A stretch of DNA of 64,000 nt from an uncultured delta proteobacterium. GTDB lineage: Bacteria; Desulfobacterota; Desulfobacteria; Desulfobacterales; Desulfatirhabdiaceae. The stretch is taken from contig CAWBKP010000006.1 of assembly GCA_963789395.1 (NCBI GenBank), positions 37,864-101,863 of the forward strand, read 5' to 3'. The notes under the pieces were generated by a model, which searched no databases, had not been told where the DNA came from, and saw only the letters and a program-made list of their open reading frames with translations. Numbering within the stretch: the stretch's first letter is position 1; each line of letters starts with the position of its first letter. Below are positions 9,365 to 19,624 of the stretch, piece after piece. The position numbers and the translations under genes were made by a program.

Positions 9365-10699
9365 ATGGTCATCGAAATCAAAATCCCCGGCGTGGGGGAG
9401 TCTGTCAGGGAAGCGGTTCTTGCCCAGTGGCTCAAGAATGACGGGGATTCGGTAAAAAAGGATGAGCCTATACTGGTGATTGAAACCGATAAGGTATCGC
9501 TGGAAGTGGCGGCTGAAGCCGATGGGGTGCTGCATATCCAGGTCCCGGCGGGGAAAACCGTTCCTATCGGCACGGTTGTTGCCACCCTTACCGTGGCGGA
9601 AGGTGCCGAGACAACCGCCTCGACGTCTTTGCCGTCTTCTCCGCTGCTTCACGCTGCTCCGGGTGATCAGCCACCGGAGCCGCCCTTGCCGGTCTCTTCT
9701 CCAGAACTTCACCCGCCCGCAGATGCCCTGCCACCCGAACCGCCTGCGGATGCTGCCTCCGCATTATCACATTCACGCATTCGCGATTCGGCGCAGCTAT
9801 CTCCCTCTGTTCGCCGCCTTATCCGTGAAAAAAGAATTGATATTGCCGCCGTTTCCGGAACCGGACCTCACGGCAGGATCACCAAGGGGGATGTGCTGCT
9901 GCATCTGGAAGCTATGCCGGCCATGTCTGCCGTGCCAGCGGCCGATTCCGGACCCCCGTTGCAGGCGCCCGCTGAAGCACCCCATCATGAGACCATGGAT
10001 GAACCCATGCTCCGCAAAACCCTGACCCCGATCCGTTTACGGATCGCCGAAAGGCTGGTTCAGGCAAAGCAGCAGACAGCCATGCTCACCACGTTCAATG
10101 AAATCGACATGAGCCGGGTGATGGCGGTTCGCGCCCGGTACAAGGAAGAATTTCAGAAAAAACACGGGGTCTCCCTGGGTTTCATGGGTTTTTTTATCAA
10201 GGCCAGCATTGCCGCGCTGAAGGATTTTGCCGAGATCAATGCATTTATCGATGCTAAGGACATCGTTTATCATCAGTACTATCATATCGGAATTGCGGTC
10301 GGCAGCGAGCGGGGGCTCGTGGTGCCGGTCCTTCGGCATGCGGATCGCATGGGATTTGCGGATCTGGAAAAAGCCATTGCAGCGGCTGTGGATAAAATCG
10401 CTTCCGGAAAGCTCGGCCTGAGCGATCTGGAAGGCGGCACATTTACCATCAGCAACGGCGGTGTCTATGGGTCTCTTCTCAGCACCCCGATTTTAAACCC
10501 CCCGCAAAGCGGCATTCTGGGGATGCACAAGATCGAAAAGCGGCCTGTGGTGATCGATGACGCCATTGTCATTCGTCCCATGATGTATGTGGCCCTCAGC
10601 TACGATCACCGCATCGTGGATGGCAGGGGCGCCGTCTCCTTCCTGAAACGGATCAAGGAATGCATTGAAGAACCCGAACGACTCATGATGGAGATGTGA
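9365..10699 (+). CDS. sucB: 2-oxoglutarate dehydrogenase E2 (dihydrolipoamide succinyltransferase)
   Basis: Lipoyl domain IETDKV; E3-binding GTGPHGRITKGD; TAMLTTFNE; SYDHRIVDG; GGAGG RBS before ATG 9365. Confidence 0.92.
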   Translation: MVIEIKIPGVGESVREAVLAQWLKNDGDSVKKDEPILVIETDKVSLEVAAEADGVLHIQVPAGKTVPIGTVVATLTVAEGAETTASTSLPSSPLLHAAPGDQPPEPPLPVSSPELHPPADALPPEPPADAASALSHSRIRDSAQLSPSVRRLIREKRIDIAAVSGTGPHGRITKGDVLLHLEAMPAMSAVPAADSGPPLQAPAEAPHHETMDEPMLRKTLTPIRLRIAERLVQAKQQTAMLTTFNEIDMSRVMAVRARYKEEFQKKHGVSLGFMGFFIKASIAALKDFAEINAFIDAKDIVYHQYYHIGIAVGSERGLVVPVLRHADRMGFADLEKAIAAAVDKIASGKLGLSDLEGGTFTISNGGVYGSLLSTPILNPPQSGILGMHKIEKRPVVIDDAIVIRPMMYVALSYDHRIVDGRGAVSFLKRIKECIEEPERLMMEM

Positions 10700-10701
10700 T
10701 C

Positions 10702-12109
10702 ATGACAGCAGAAAATTCCTATGATCTAGTGGTTATCGGCAGCGGACCCGGCGGCTATACGGCCGCGGTTAAAGCCTCGGGGCTGGGAATGACGGTGGCC
10801 TGCGTGGAAAAAGCGCCGCGGCCGGGGGGCGTATGTCTGAATGTGGGATGCATTCCCAGCAAGGCCCTTCTGGATTCCAGCGAAATTTATGAAACGACCC
10901 GAAACGGGCTGTCGGCTCACGGCATTCGGGTGACGGAACTGACACTGGATCTGGCCGCCATGATGACCCGAAAAGACCAGGTGGTGGAAACCCTGACCGG
11001 ACAGGTGAGAAAACTTCTGGAAGCCGGCCGCGTTGACGCTTCTTCAGGGAACGGCCAGGGTCATGGATGCCCATCGCGTTGAAGTTGCCGGCAGCGATGG
11101 CGGCAATCGCATTCTTGATGCGAAATTCATTCTGCTGGCAACCGGCAGCGTTCCGGTCGCGGTTCCGGGCCTGGAATTTGACGAAGACCGGATTGTCACC
11201 TCCACCGGCGCGCTGAATTTTTCCGAGGTTCCCCGGACACTGGGGATTATCGGTGGGGGCTATATCGGCCTGGAACTGGGATCTGTCTGGCAGCGCCTGG
11301 GCGCAAAGGTCACAGTCATTGAAATGCTGCCTCAGATTGCCGCAAGCCTGGATGGCCAGATCAGCCGGGCATTAAAGCGCATACTCGACAAACAGGGAAT
11401 GGTGTTTCGGCTCAAAACCACCGTGACCCATGCCGAAGTATTCGAAGGCGGGGTGAAGCTGACCCTTGAATCCAACGGCAAGCAGGAGATGATGGCATTT
11501 GACCGCGTTCTGGTTGCCGTGGGCCGAAAGCCCCTGACAACGGGACTGGGCCTTGAAGCTCTCGGCGTTGACATGGATCCGAAAACCGGCCATATCCGTG
11601 TCGATGCCGGCTTTCAGACCAGCATTCCTTCGATTTATGCGGTCGGAGATGTCGTCCCCGGCCCCATGCTGGCGCATAAGGCGTCTGCTGAGGGAATCGC
11701 CGCTGTCGAAGCCATGGCCGAACTTTCTTCGGAGGTCAACTACGATACCCTGCCGTCCGTCATCTATACCTGGCCGGAAGTGGCAGGCGTGGGACTGACC
11801 GAAGAGCAGGTCAAGGCCCGGAAAATTCCCTATATTGCCGGCGCCTATCCGTTTTCCGGAAATGGCCGGGCCCGGTGCATGGGCCAAACCGAGGGACTCG
11901 TAAAAATCCTTTCCCATGCCCGGACCGACCGGATTCTCGGCGTGCACATGATCGGCCCGCGGGTTTCCGAAATGATCGCAGAAGCGGTGATGGCCATGGA
12001 AATGGGGGCCAGCTCCGAAGATATTGCCAGAACGGTTCACAGCCATCCCTCATTTTCAGAAGCCTTTATGGAGGCGGCGGGAGCGGTACAGCGGCAGATT
12101 AAAAAGTGA
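10702..12109 (+). CDS. lpdA: Dihydrolipoamide dehydrogenase (frameshift near 11035, probably a sequencing error)
   Basis: GSGPGG, GGVCLNVGCIPSK, GGGYIGLE, MLAHKA and HSHPSFSE split across ORFs 10696..11082 and 11033..12109. Confidence 0.9.
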
Positions 12110-12275
12110 ATGTCGGGCGCTATGGTATTCTGTTGGGATTTTTTTACTGACACATCACATGTATTTGAAAAATCCCCGTTACCGAAATGGGGAAGGTAAC
12201 AGCTAATCTGGTGGAGGTGAAGGCCGGATTCATGATCGTTCACGAGTTCATCAAAATTAAAAAAGGAAAAGAACA

Positions 12276-12858
12276 ATGATGCGAAAAGGGTTGAGAATGG
12301 CGCTTGCTGCGCTGCTGGTTGTCAGTTTGTGTTCCATGGTCTGGGCAGAGACACCAGCTCCCAAGGATGAAAGAAAACACACCACCATCGGCAAATATGT
12401 GACATCCGTCGAAGCCTATGAAATGTGGAAAGCCAATCCCGGGAAAATCAAAATCTTTGATGTGCGGACTCCCGAGGAATACGTTTTTGTCGGACATGCG
12501 CCAATGGCCATCAACAGCCCTTCCATGCTCTGGACCGGGAAATGGAACGCCGAGAAAAAAGATTTTCCACTTGAATCCAATGCCGATTTCGAAGCCCTGG
12601 TGAAGCAAAAAGCCGGTGTCGATGACATGATCATGATCATGTGCCGATCCGGGCATCGCAGTGCGGCCGCGGTCAACCGGCTGGCGAAGGCCGGATTCAC
12701 GAATGCTGTACAATATCGTGGATGGGTTTGAAGGGGATGTAATTTCGGATGAGGATAGCTATGACAAAGGCAAACGCGCCAAAAACGGCTGGAAGAATTC
12801 GCCTGCTCCCTGGACATACCAACTGGAGTCCGAACTGATTTACAGCGGTTCGAAATAG
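12276..12858 (+). CDS. Exported rhodanese-domain sulfurtransferase (frameshift near 12705)
   Basis: Signal peptide; DVRTPEEY; CRSGHRS; continues as YNIVDGFEGD...NGWKN in another frame. Confidence 0.8.
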
Positions 12859-12865
12859 TTCGGAA

Positions 12866-14835
12866 ATGGACCGGATCGGCGTTTACATCTGTGAATGCGG
12901 GCCGAATATCCGGGATGCCGTGGATATGGACGCACTGGTGGGGTTCTCCGGGACCCTGCCGGGAGTTGTCCTGTCCAGGCGGCATGAATTGCTGTGCTCT
13001 GCGGAAGGTAAAGACCTGATCGTCCGGGAAATTACCGAAGCGTTCCTGACCCATGTCGTGGTTGCCGGATGTACTCCCAAGGAACACGAACGGACGTTTC
13101 AACGCGTTCTGCAAAACGCCGGGCTGAATCCGTTTCTGCTGCAGATGGCAGCCATCCGGGAGCAATGTGCCTGGGTAACCCCGGACCGGGCCGCGGCAAC
13201 TGAAAAGGCGAAAGCCCTGATTCGCGCCGCAGTCCGGCGGGTGTCCTTCAGCACGGCCCTGACTGAAGGCCAGATTCCCTGTTGCGCCGATGTTCTGGTT
13301 GTCGGGTCCGGCATTTCCGGAATGAGCGCGTCGCTTGCCGCTGCCGGGGAAGACCGCCGGGTCTATCTGGTGGAAACCCTTCCCTGCATCGGCGGAAAGG
13401 TGGCCCGGTTCGAGACGGTATATCCCGGCGGTGAGTGCGCCACCTGCCTGCTGGATCCCCTGATGGATGCGGTGCTGCATCATGATCACATCACCGTGAT
13501 GACTTTAAGCCAGATTACGGATGTCCAGGGGTTTCTGGGAAATTTTCAGATTCGGGTCCGCCGCAGGGCCAGATTTGTTTCTCCCGATGCCTGCCTGGGG
13601 TGCGGGGTCTGCGTCGAGGCCTGTCCGGTTGAAATCTCCAATGCCTTCAATGAAGGCCTGGATAAGCGAAAAGCCATCTATATTCCCTATCCCGGGGCAT
13701 TGCCTCATATTGCCTGCGTGGATTCCACCGCCTGCCTGCGCTTTAGCGGCGAGGCCTGCAGTGCCTGCAGGGACATCTGCCCCTTTGGGGCCATCGACTT
13801 TGAAGAAACCGATATTGTTGAAGAAATCCATGTTGGCGGCATGCTGCTGGCAACCGGGTTCGATCTTTCGGATATCAGCTCCCTGCTGCGGTATGGATAC
13901 GGAATCATCCCCAACGTCTACACCAGCATGGAATTTGAGCGGATGGCAAGCTCAACCGGACCTTCCGAAGGCAAACCGGTTTTGAAAAACGGCGCCCTTC
14001 CCCGGCAAATTTCACTGATTCTTTGCGTGGGATCCAGAACCGCGGCATTCAAACCTTACTGTTCAGCGGTCTGCTGCCGGTATATGCTGAAATTTGCGGA
14101 ACTGGCCTTACAGAAACTGCCCGATGTTTCCATCCGGGTGTATTTTTCAGACTGGTGTCTGCCGGGAAAAGATGCCGACGGTCTGCTTGCCGCTTCGGTA
14201 AAGAACCGGATTCAGTTCTGCCGTATGGCCGCACCCGACAGTATCGGAATCTTTCAAAAAGGAGATGCCATCGGAATCCGCTGGAAGGATTCTCTTCACA
14301 GGATGCAGGAGGGAAGCTGCGAGATGGTGATTCTGGCGCCGGCCCTGATCGGATCGCAAAACGCGGTGCATCTGTCTGAATGCCTGGAGGTTCCAATGGA
14401 TGCGGATGGATTTTTTCGGATCGATCATCCGGTAAAGGCTCCGGTATCAACCCTGCGGGAAGGGATCTGGGTGGCCGGTTGCGCCGGGGCCCGTGCGACA
14501 TTTCAGATGCTGTTACCCAGGGGCAGGCTGCTGCCGGTTTGATGCTGTCCCGCCTGATTCCGGGAAAGCCCATCCGTCTTCCGGCCTGTGTTTCTGAAGT
14601 CATGTCCGATCGGTGTTCAGGCTGCCGGATCTGTCTGGGCGCCTGTCCTTACGGGGCCATCGCATTTTTAAAACCGCATGCCGTGATTCAGGAATCCCTG
14701 TGCCGGGGATGCGGGACCTGCGCGGCCTCTTGCCCCAGCAACGCCATCGTCGCAAAACAGTTTACGGATAAAGAGCTGACCGAAGAAATTCTCGGACTTC
14801 TGAACAAAAAGACCTTACGTGAAACGGAGATATAA
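12866..14835 (+). CDS. hdrA: HdrA-like heterodisulfide reductase flavoprotein subunit (frameshift near 14490)
   Basis: IGVYICECG.NI, GCTPKEHE, IREQCAW, GSGISG, CVGSR, YCSAVCC and C-terminal 2x[4Fe-4S] in ORF 14380..14835. Confidence 0.8.
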
Positions 14836-15265
14836 ACCGGAAGCCACGGCCCATAACAGCACGCCGGCTGTGCCAGCACCAGAATGCCGGCAACAAAATG
14901 ATGCAGCGGGCGTGATGCTGACTTTTCCCGGTAACCCAAAATCGCCCCGCAGATCGCGCCGCAAACCATACCGCCGGCATGCCCCCAGTTGTTGATTCCT
15001 GGAACCAGAATCCCGAAGAGGATCAGTGCCACAACCCAGTTTCCCATCTGCCGGAAAACAACCCGGCCATAGGTGCCGCCACGGCTTTTGCCGTAATACA
15101 GGGCCGCGCCCATCGACACGGCGTATCAGGGAGTTTCCGGAGACAGAAATGTCAGCGGGTTGAGCGATAAGCCGTTTTCAGGGGATGGATGAGAAGGGAC
15201 AGCGCAAACATTCCCACATTGGCATAAAGAATGGCTGGAATGATCCTGTCCTCGCGGCTCAGTTT
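14826..15265 (-). pseudogene. Rhomboid protease remnant (5' truncated, internally deleted)
   Basis: Fragments IIPAILYANVGMFALSLL, LNPLTFLSP and MGAALYYGKSRGG...INNWGHAGG; no start codon or catalytic GxSx segment seen; ends approximate. Confidence 0.6.
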
Positions 15266-15279
15266 GCTGGCTGACGATT

Positions 15280-15568
15280 TCAGCAGGCAGCCGCCCCCGC
15301 AGGAAGCGGCTTCCTTGCCCCTGATCCAGGTCTGAATGATATAGGTTGCGCAGCCCACCCCCGGCGTGACCGAGATTGCAACCACCGGACAGTTGGTGGC
15401 ACACGCCCCGCATTCCATACATCCGTCGACGTCAATAACGGCGGCTTTTTTTCCGTCCATTTTCAGCACGCCATGCGGGCAGACCCGTTCACACATGCCG
15501 CAGCCCACGCAGACAGCGGTATCCAGAGAAAGGGTCGAAACTCCCGGAAGATAACGAAATGATTTCAT
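15280..15568 (-). CDS. hgcB: Mercury methylation ferredoxin HgcB
   Basis: CVGCGMCERVCP and CMECGACATNCP; removing one extra C at about 15286 restores the C-terminal CGGGCC-stop; lies downstream of hgcA. Confidence 0.92.
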
Positions 15569-15588
15569 AAAGAAGCCCAACTTTTTAT

Positions 15589-15935
15589 AAAATTCGAAAG
15601 TCGAAGCACGAAATTCGAAACAAGGATTAAAAAATCAATTATAAAAGCCTTTTGCAAAACCCCTTCAATTTGTCTCTTCCGTCATACCGGCGAAAGCCGG
15701 TATGACGGTGAATTCAAATGCGTCGTCACCCCGGTTCTTACCGGGGTGACGAAAAGCGGTACTGTTGCAAGAGACTAATAAAATTGCGCTTTATAGCATG
15801 ATTCCAAACGGATTTATTTGGTTTATATCTACAGATCAATTTTCTTTCTTCATTGAGCCCGCTATTAGCATGGCGATTATTTTGATATTGGAATTTTGAA
15901 TTTGTTTCGGATTTCGATATTCGACATTCGAATTT
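15589..15935. repeat. Inverted pair of TTCGA-heptamer repeat ends (family B) between hgcA and hgcB
   Basis: AATTCGAAAGTCGAAGCACGAAATTCGAAACAA at the left and TTTGTTTCGGATTTCGATATTCGACATTCGAATTT at the right. Confidence 0.7.
15646..15776. mobile_element. About 131-bp MITE with internal REP-like hairpins (family A)
   Basis: Ends AGCCTTTTGCAA...TTGCAAGAGACT; perfect hairpins CGTCATACCGGC-GAAA-GCCGGTATGACG and TCGTCACCCCGG...CCGGGGTGACGA; reverse-complement homolog at 31477. Confidence 0.8.
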
Positions 15936-15968
15936 ACCTATGCGGTCTTTCAGCCCAGCCCTTTATTT

Positions 15969-17162
15969 TTATAAAAATGGTGCCAGTATCCACAGAATTG
16001 TTGCAGCCAGCATGGCAACCGCCTGAAGCGGAATGGCCAGGCGCATCTCCTTTTCCACGCCGGATGGAGACGTGAAGGGTGTGGATCCGGTAAAATTCAT
16101 GGCAAGGTATGAGCTGACAGCCATTACGACCAGCATCAATGCAGAAAGTTCGACTCCGGAAAGCCCGGCCGGTAGAAAAATGGCAAAGATCAGGCCGAGA
16201 AAGCCGCCTTTCAGGGAAAAAGCCACGCCCGGTATCCAGGGCAACAGAAGCGGCATGACAACAGCTCCGGAAAAAACGCCCAGAACAAACGCATGGGCCG
16301 CGTAAAGTCCCCTGAACCAGGCGGCATGAAAAGAAAAAATGCCGGGCCCGAAGCCGGAAACCAGAAACACGGCAGCCAGAACCCAGGTCAGTGGCTTTGC
16401 GAGCAGAGACAGCTCTACCGGAGTCAGAACCAGCCGTTCAATCAGTGAAAACGTAACCCGGCGCATCGGCGCATCCGCTTTCATTTTATCTTTCAGGAAC
16501 CGGGCGATGTCCGCTGCCCGCACCGGCCCCCACACCACTTCAAATCCGGAACTCCGCCTCACTTTCTGCGCCGATACGCCGGTTGCGGCCAGTTGCGGTA
16601 AAATCAGCCGCCGGTGATTCACGAGCAGCTTCAGGTTGCAGCGGGCGGCGCGATCCGCCACTTCATCGCTGGAGAACGTTCCTTTGCCGGCCGCGCACCA
16701 GACGTTTATTCCCCGGGTGTCGCAAACCATGATCCAGGCGTCCACAGCGCCCAGATGCCGGCGAAGAGTATCGAAACTGAGCTTGTAATTGGCGGTGACC
16801 AGAACCGGGGATTCCGGTCCCGGACGTCCGCAGCCGTAGATTCCCGGTGCAATCTGGTAGGCATTGCGGGAAATCCCCAGCCTGGCTCTGGCGGTTCCGA
16901 ACCAGTCCCATCCGGTCAGCTTGGTGTGGATTACCGGAACCCGGCCTGCCGAGGTTTCCATAAAATTCTGCACAAAATGGCAAATGCTGTAACCCGGTGT
17001 TTCATGGGGACTTGCGGCTTTTGAAACAGGAGAGCCGCAGCAGGGAATATCTTTTTGTGGTGCCGGCGGCAGTGGAAGAAACGGGCTTTTTTTTTCAGAG
17101 ACTGCTGATGCTGTCGGCGTGCAGCAGTCCGGGTTGCAGGTGCAGGGATCCGTCTTTTTCAT
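15969..17162 (-). CDS. hgcA: Mercury methylation corrinoid protein HgcA
   Basis: VLVTANYKLSFD, cap-helix GINVWCAAGKGTF, LPQLAATGV, C-terminal TM helices ending NFTGSTPFTSPSGV; AGGAG RBS. Confidence 0.97.
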   Translation of the reverse strand: MKKTDPCTCNPDCCTPTASAVSEKKSPFLPLPPAPQKDIPCCGSPVSKAASPHETPGYSICHFVQNFMETSAGRVPVIHTKLTGWDWFGTARARLGISRNAYQIAPGIYGCGRPGPESPVLVTANYKLSFDTLRRHLGAVDAWIMVCDTRGINVWCAAGKGTFSSDEVADRAARCNLKLLVNHRRLILPQLAATGVSAQKVRRSSGFEVVWGPVRAADIARFLKDKMKADAPMRRVTFSLIERLVLTPVELSLLAKPLTWVLAAVFLVSGFGPGIFSFHAAWFRGLYAAHAFVLGVFSGAVVMPLLLPWIPGVAFSLKGGFLGLIFAIFLPAGLSGVELSALMLVVMAVSSYLAMNFTGSTPFTSPSGVEKEMRLAIPLQAVAMLAATILWILAPFL

Positions 17163-17195
17163 ATCTCCTGTCCTTGAAGATCACTGTTTACAAAA

Positions 17196-17522
17196 TTATT
17201 GCAGACTCAGTTTGTCAACCACCTGCCGGAAACGCTCCAGCACGTCCTTGTTCAAGCAGTAACAGGTACGGGGGCCTTCCACATTGCCCTGTATCAATCC
17301 GGCATTTTTTAAGCACTTCAGGTGCTGACTGACCGTGGATTGCGCCAGCGGCAGCATGTCCACGATTTTTCCGCAAATGCACTGGTCCATGGACCGGAGA
17401 AGTTCGATAATTTGGACCCGCGCAGGATGGCCCAGCGCCTTGCAAATTCGCGCAAAAGCAACTATATTCATCTGGTTTGATCCGGGAAGGGTATCTTCCG
17501 GACTGGGAAAAACCTGCATCAT
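17196..17522 (-). CDS. arsR: ArsR/SmtB-family metalloregulator
   Basis: KALGHPAR...CICGKIV...LAQSTVSQHLKCLK.AGLI; AAGGAG RBS; co-oriented 33 bp upstream of hgcA. Confidence 0.9.
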   Translation of the reverse strand: MMQVFPSPEDTLPGSNQMNIVAFARICKALGHPARVQIIELLRSMDQCICGKIVDMLPLAQSTVSQHLKCLKNAGLIQGNVEGPRTCYCLNKDVLERFRQVVDKLSLQ

Positions 17523-17536
17523 GACGGCTCCTTTTT

Positions 17537-17577
17537 TATCGTCTTTTTACGATATATGATAAATTGGCAGGCGTCAA
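17537..17577 (-). promoter_or_regulatory. Sigma70 promoter of arsR-hgcAB with overlapping operator palindrome
   Basis: Minus strand TTGACG-17bp-TATCGT; palindrome TATCGT-N6-ACGATA (17537-17554) covers the -10. Confidence 0.7.
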
Positions 17578-17590
17578 GGGAGAATATGCC

Positions 17591-18418
17591 ATGAAAACCA
17601 AACCTGTTCGATCGTGGATTGTATTGCTGATAGCGGCGGCTCTGGCGGTGTCCTGTTCCACGGTTCCGGTCACCGGACGCAGACAGCTGAATATGGTCTC
17701 AGATTCCGGCATCTTGTCCATGAGTTTTCAGCAGTACACCGATTTTTTAAATACCCACACGCTCAGCACGAACGCCGAAGAAACAGAACATGTCCGGCAG
17801 GTCGGCAGCAGGATTCAAAAAGGGGTTGAAAGGTATTTTGCCGATAACGGCATGCAGCGTGAGCTGGATGGATATAAATGGGAATTCAACCTGGTAGACG
17901 GTGAGGAAGTCAACGCCTTTTGTATGCCCGGCGGAAAAGTCGTGGTATATACCGGTCTATTGCCCATTGCCAAGGATGATGCGGGACTGGCTGTTGTCAT
18001 GGGGCATGAAATCGCCCACGCTGTTGCCAAACACGGAAATGAACGGATGAGCCAGGCCCTTGCCATGCAGATGGGCGGCGCGGCCCTGGGGGTGGCGATG
18101 TCCAATGAATCCAGCCAGAGTCGGGAGCTCTGGACGACGGTTTATGGCATGGGGGCTTCCGTGGGATATATGCTGCCTTTCAGCCGGCTTCATGAAAAAG
18201 AGGCGGATCAGCTGGGGCTGATTTTTATGGCGCTGGCTGGCTATGATCCCCATGCGGCCATTGCGTTCTGGCAGAGAATGGCAGAAAAACCGGGCGGGAA
18301 AAAACCGCCCGAATTTCTCAGTACCCACCCTTCCGATCAAACCCGGATAGATGCCATCAAGGCGTTTATTCCAGAGGCCATGACGTATTATCGGCCAAAA
18401 GGTATTCCGGCAGGATAA
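17591..18418 (+). CDS. M48-family metallopeptidase lipoprotein
   Basis: Lipobox LAVSC; NAFCMPGG; HEIAH; FLSTHP. Confidence 0.9.
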   Translation: MKTKPVRSWIVLLIAAALAVSCSTVPVTGRRQLNMVSDSGILSMSFQQYTDFLNTHTLSTNAEETEHVRQVGSRIQKGVERYFADNGMQRELDGYKWEFNLVDGEEVNAFCMPGGKVVVYTGLLPIAKDDAGLAVVMGHEIAHAVAKHGNERMSQALAMQMGGAALGVAMSNESSQSRELWTTVYGMGASVGYMLPFSRLHEKEADQLGLIFMALAGYDPHAAIAFWQRMAEKPGGKKPPEFLSTHPSDQTRIDAIKAFIPEAMTYYRPKGIPAG

Positions 18419-18580
18419 CCGCCTGTCAGGCGTGTCGGAATTGACACGTGAATCCATTTGACCTACTATGGCGACTGACGGAAACCCTGTTATCATTTTT
18501 TAATGTCAAAGTAAGAAATCGCAGCACTGAGCAAAATCGTAATATTTAACAAGCAGGTTTTACAGGAGATTAGAATCCCT

Positions 18581-19593
18581 TTGGAATACGCAGCCCAAAT
18601 TATCGGAACAGGCTCAGCCTTTCCCGAACCAGCGTCTCAAACATGGATATTTCTCAGAAACTGGCGAAATCCGGAATCGAAACCAATGATGCCTGGATAC
18701 GTGAGCGCACCGGCATTGCCGAAAGACGCATGTCCATGCCGGGAAATCCGGAAGAATACAACTCATCCCTTGGCCTTGCGGCTGCGATAAACGCCTTGAA
18801 CATGGCCGGTAAAACCCCTCTCGATATTGATCAGATCATTTATTCCACCTGTACGCCGGATACCATCATCCCCTCGACCGCCTGCTGGCTTCAACAGAAG
18901 CTGGGAGCTGCCAGGGCCTGGGGAATGGATATCAATGCCGCCTGTTCGGGGTTCATTTACGGACTGAGCATTGCCGATCAGTTCATCCGAACCGGACAGG
19001 TCAAGACCTGTCTGGTTATCGGCGCCGAAGTCCTGAGTTCCATCATCAACTGGGAAGATCGCTCCTCGTGCATTTTGTTTGGAGACGGCGCCGGGGCCGC
19101 TGTTGTCGAGCGAACACAGGAAGCTTCGGCCCATCGCATTCTTTCCACCCATCTGCTGTCTGACGGCACCCTCTGGGAAATGCTTCATGTGCCAGCCGGC
19201 GGCTCGGCGCATCCGGTGACGCCGGAGATGATCGATCACAATCTGAATAAAATCCATATGAATGGCCGGGAAATTTTCAAGGTTGCCGTCAGAACGCTGA
19301 GCAGTTTTGCGATGAAGGCATTGAAAAAAAACCAGATGACGGTTGACATGCTGGATTGGTTTCTTCCCCATCAGGCCAATTTCCGCATTATCGAGGCTGT
19401 GGCAAAGCGGTTGAATCTGCCCATGGAAAAAGTACTGGTCAATGTGGACCGTTACGGAAATACGTCATCTGCGACCGTGCCTTCCATGCTGGATGAGGCG
19501 GTCCGGGATGGCCGTATTCAAAAAGGGCAGACCGTACTTCTGGATGCCTTTGGCGCCGGCCTCACTTACGGCGCCGTTCTCCTGAGATGGTAA
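18581..19593 (+). CDS. fabH: 3-oxoacyl-ACP synthase III (frameshift near 18635)
   Basis: AQIIGTGSAFP N-terminus; NAACSGF; FGDGAGA; PHQAN; YGNTS. Confidence 0.9.
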
Positions 19594-19624
19594 TTCCAGT
19601 TCGCATTCAAACGGGGTTTCATCC

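Noticed and set aside
15152..15580. HgcB with a C-terminal membrane extension
   Set aside because: One extra C bypasses the CC-stop and reads into the rhomboid remnant
15969..17162. Selenocysteine in HgcA
   Set aside because: No in-frame TGA; the Cys pairs use Cys codons
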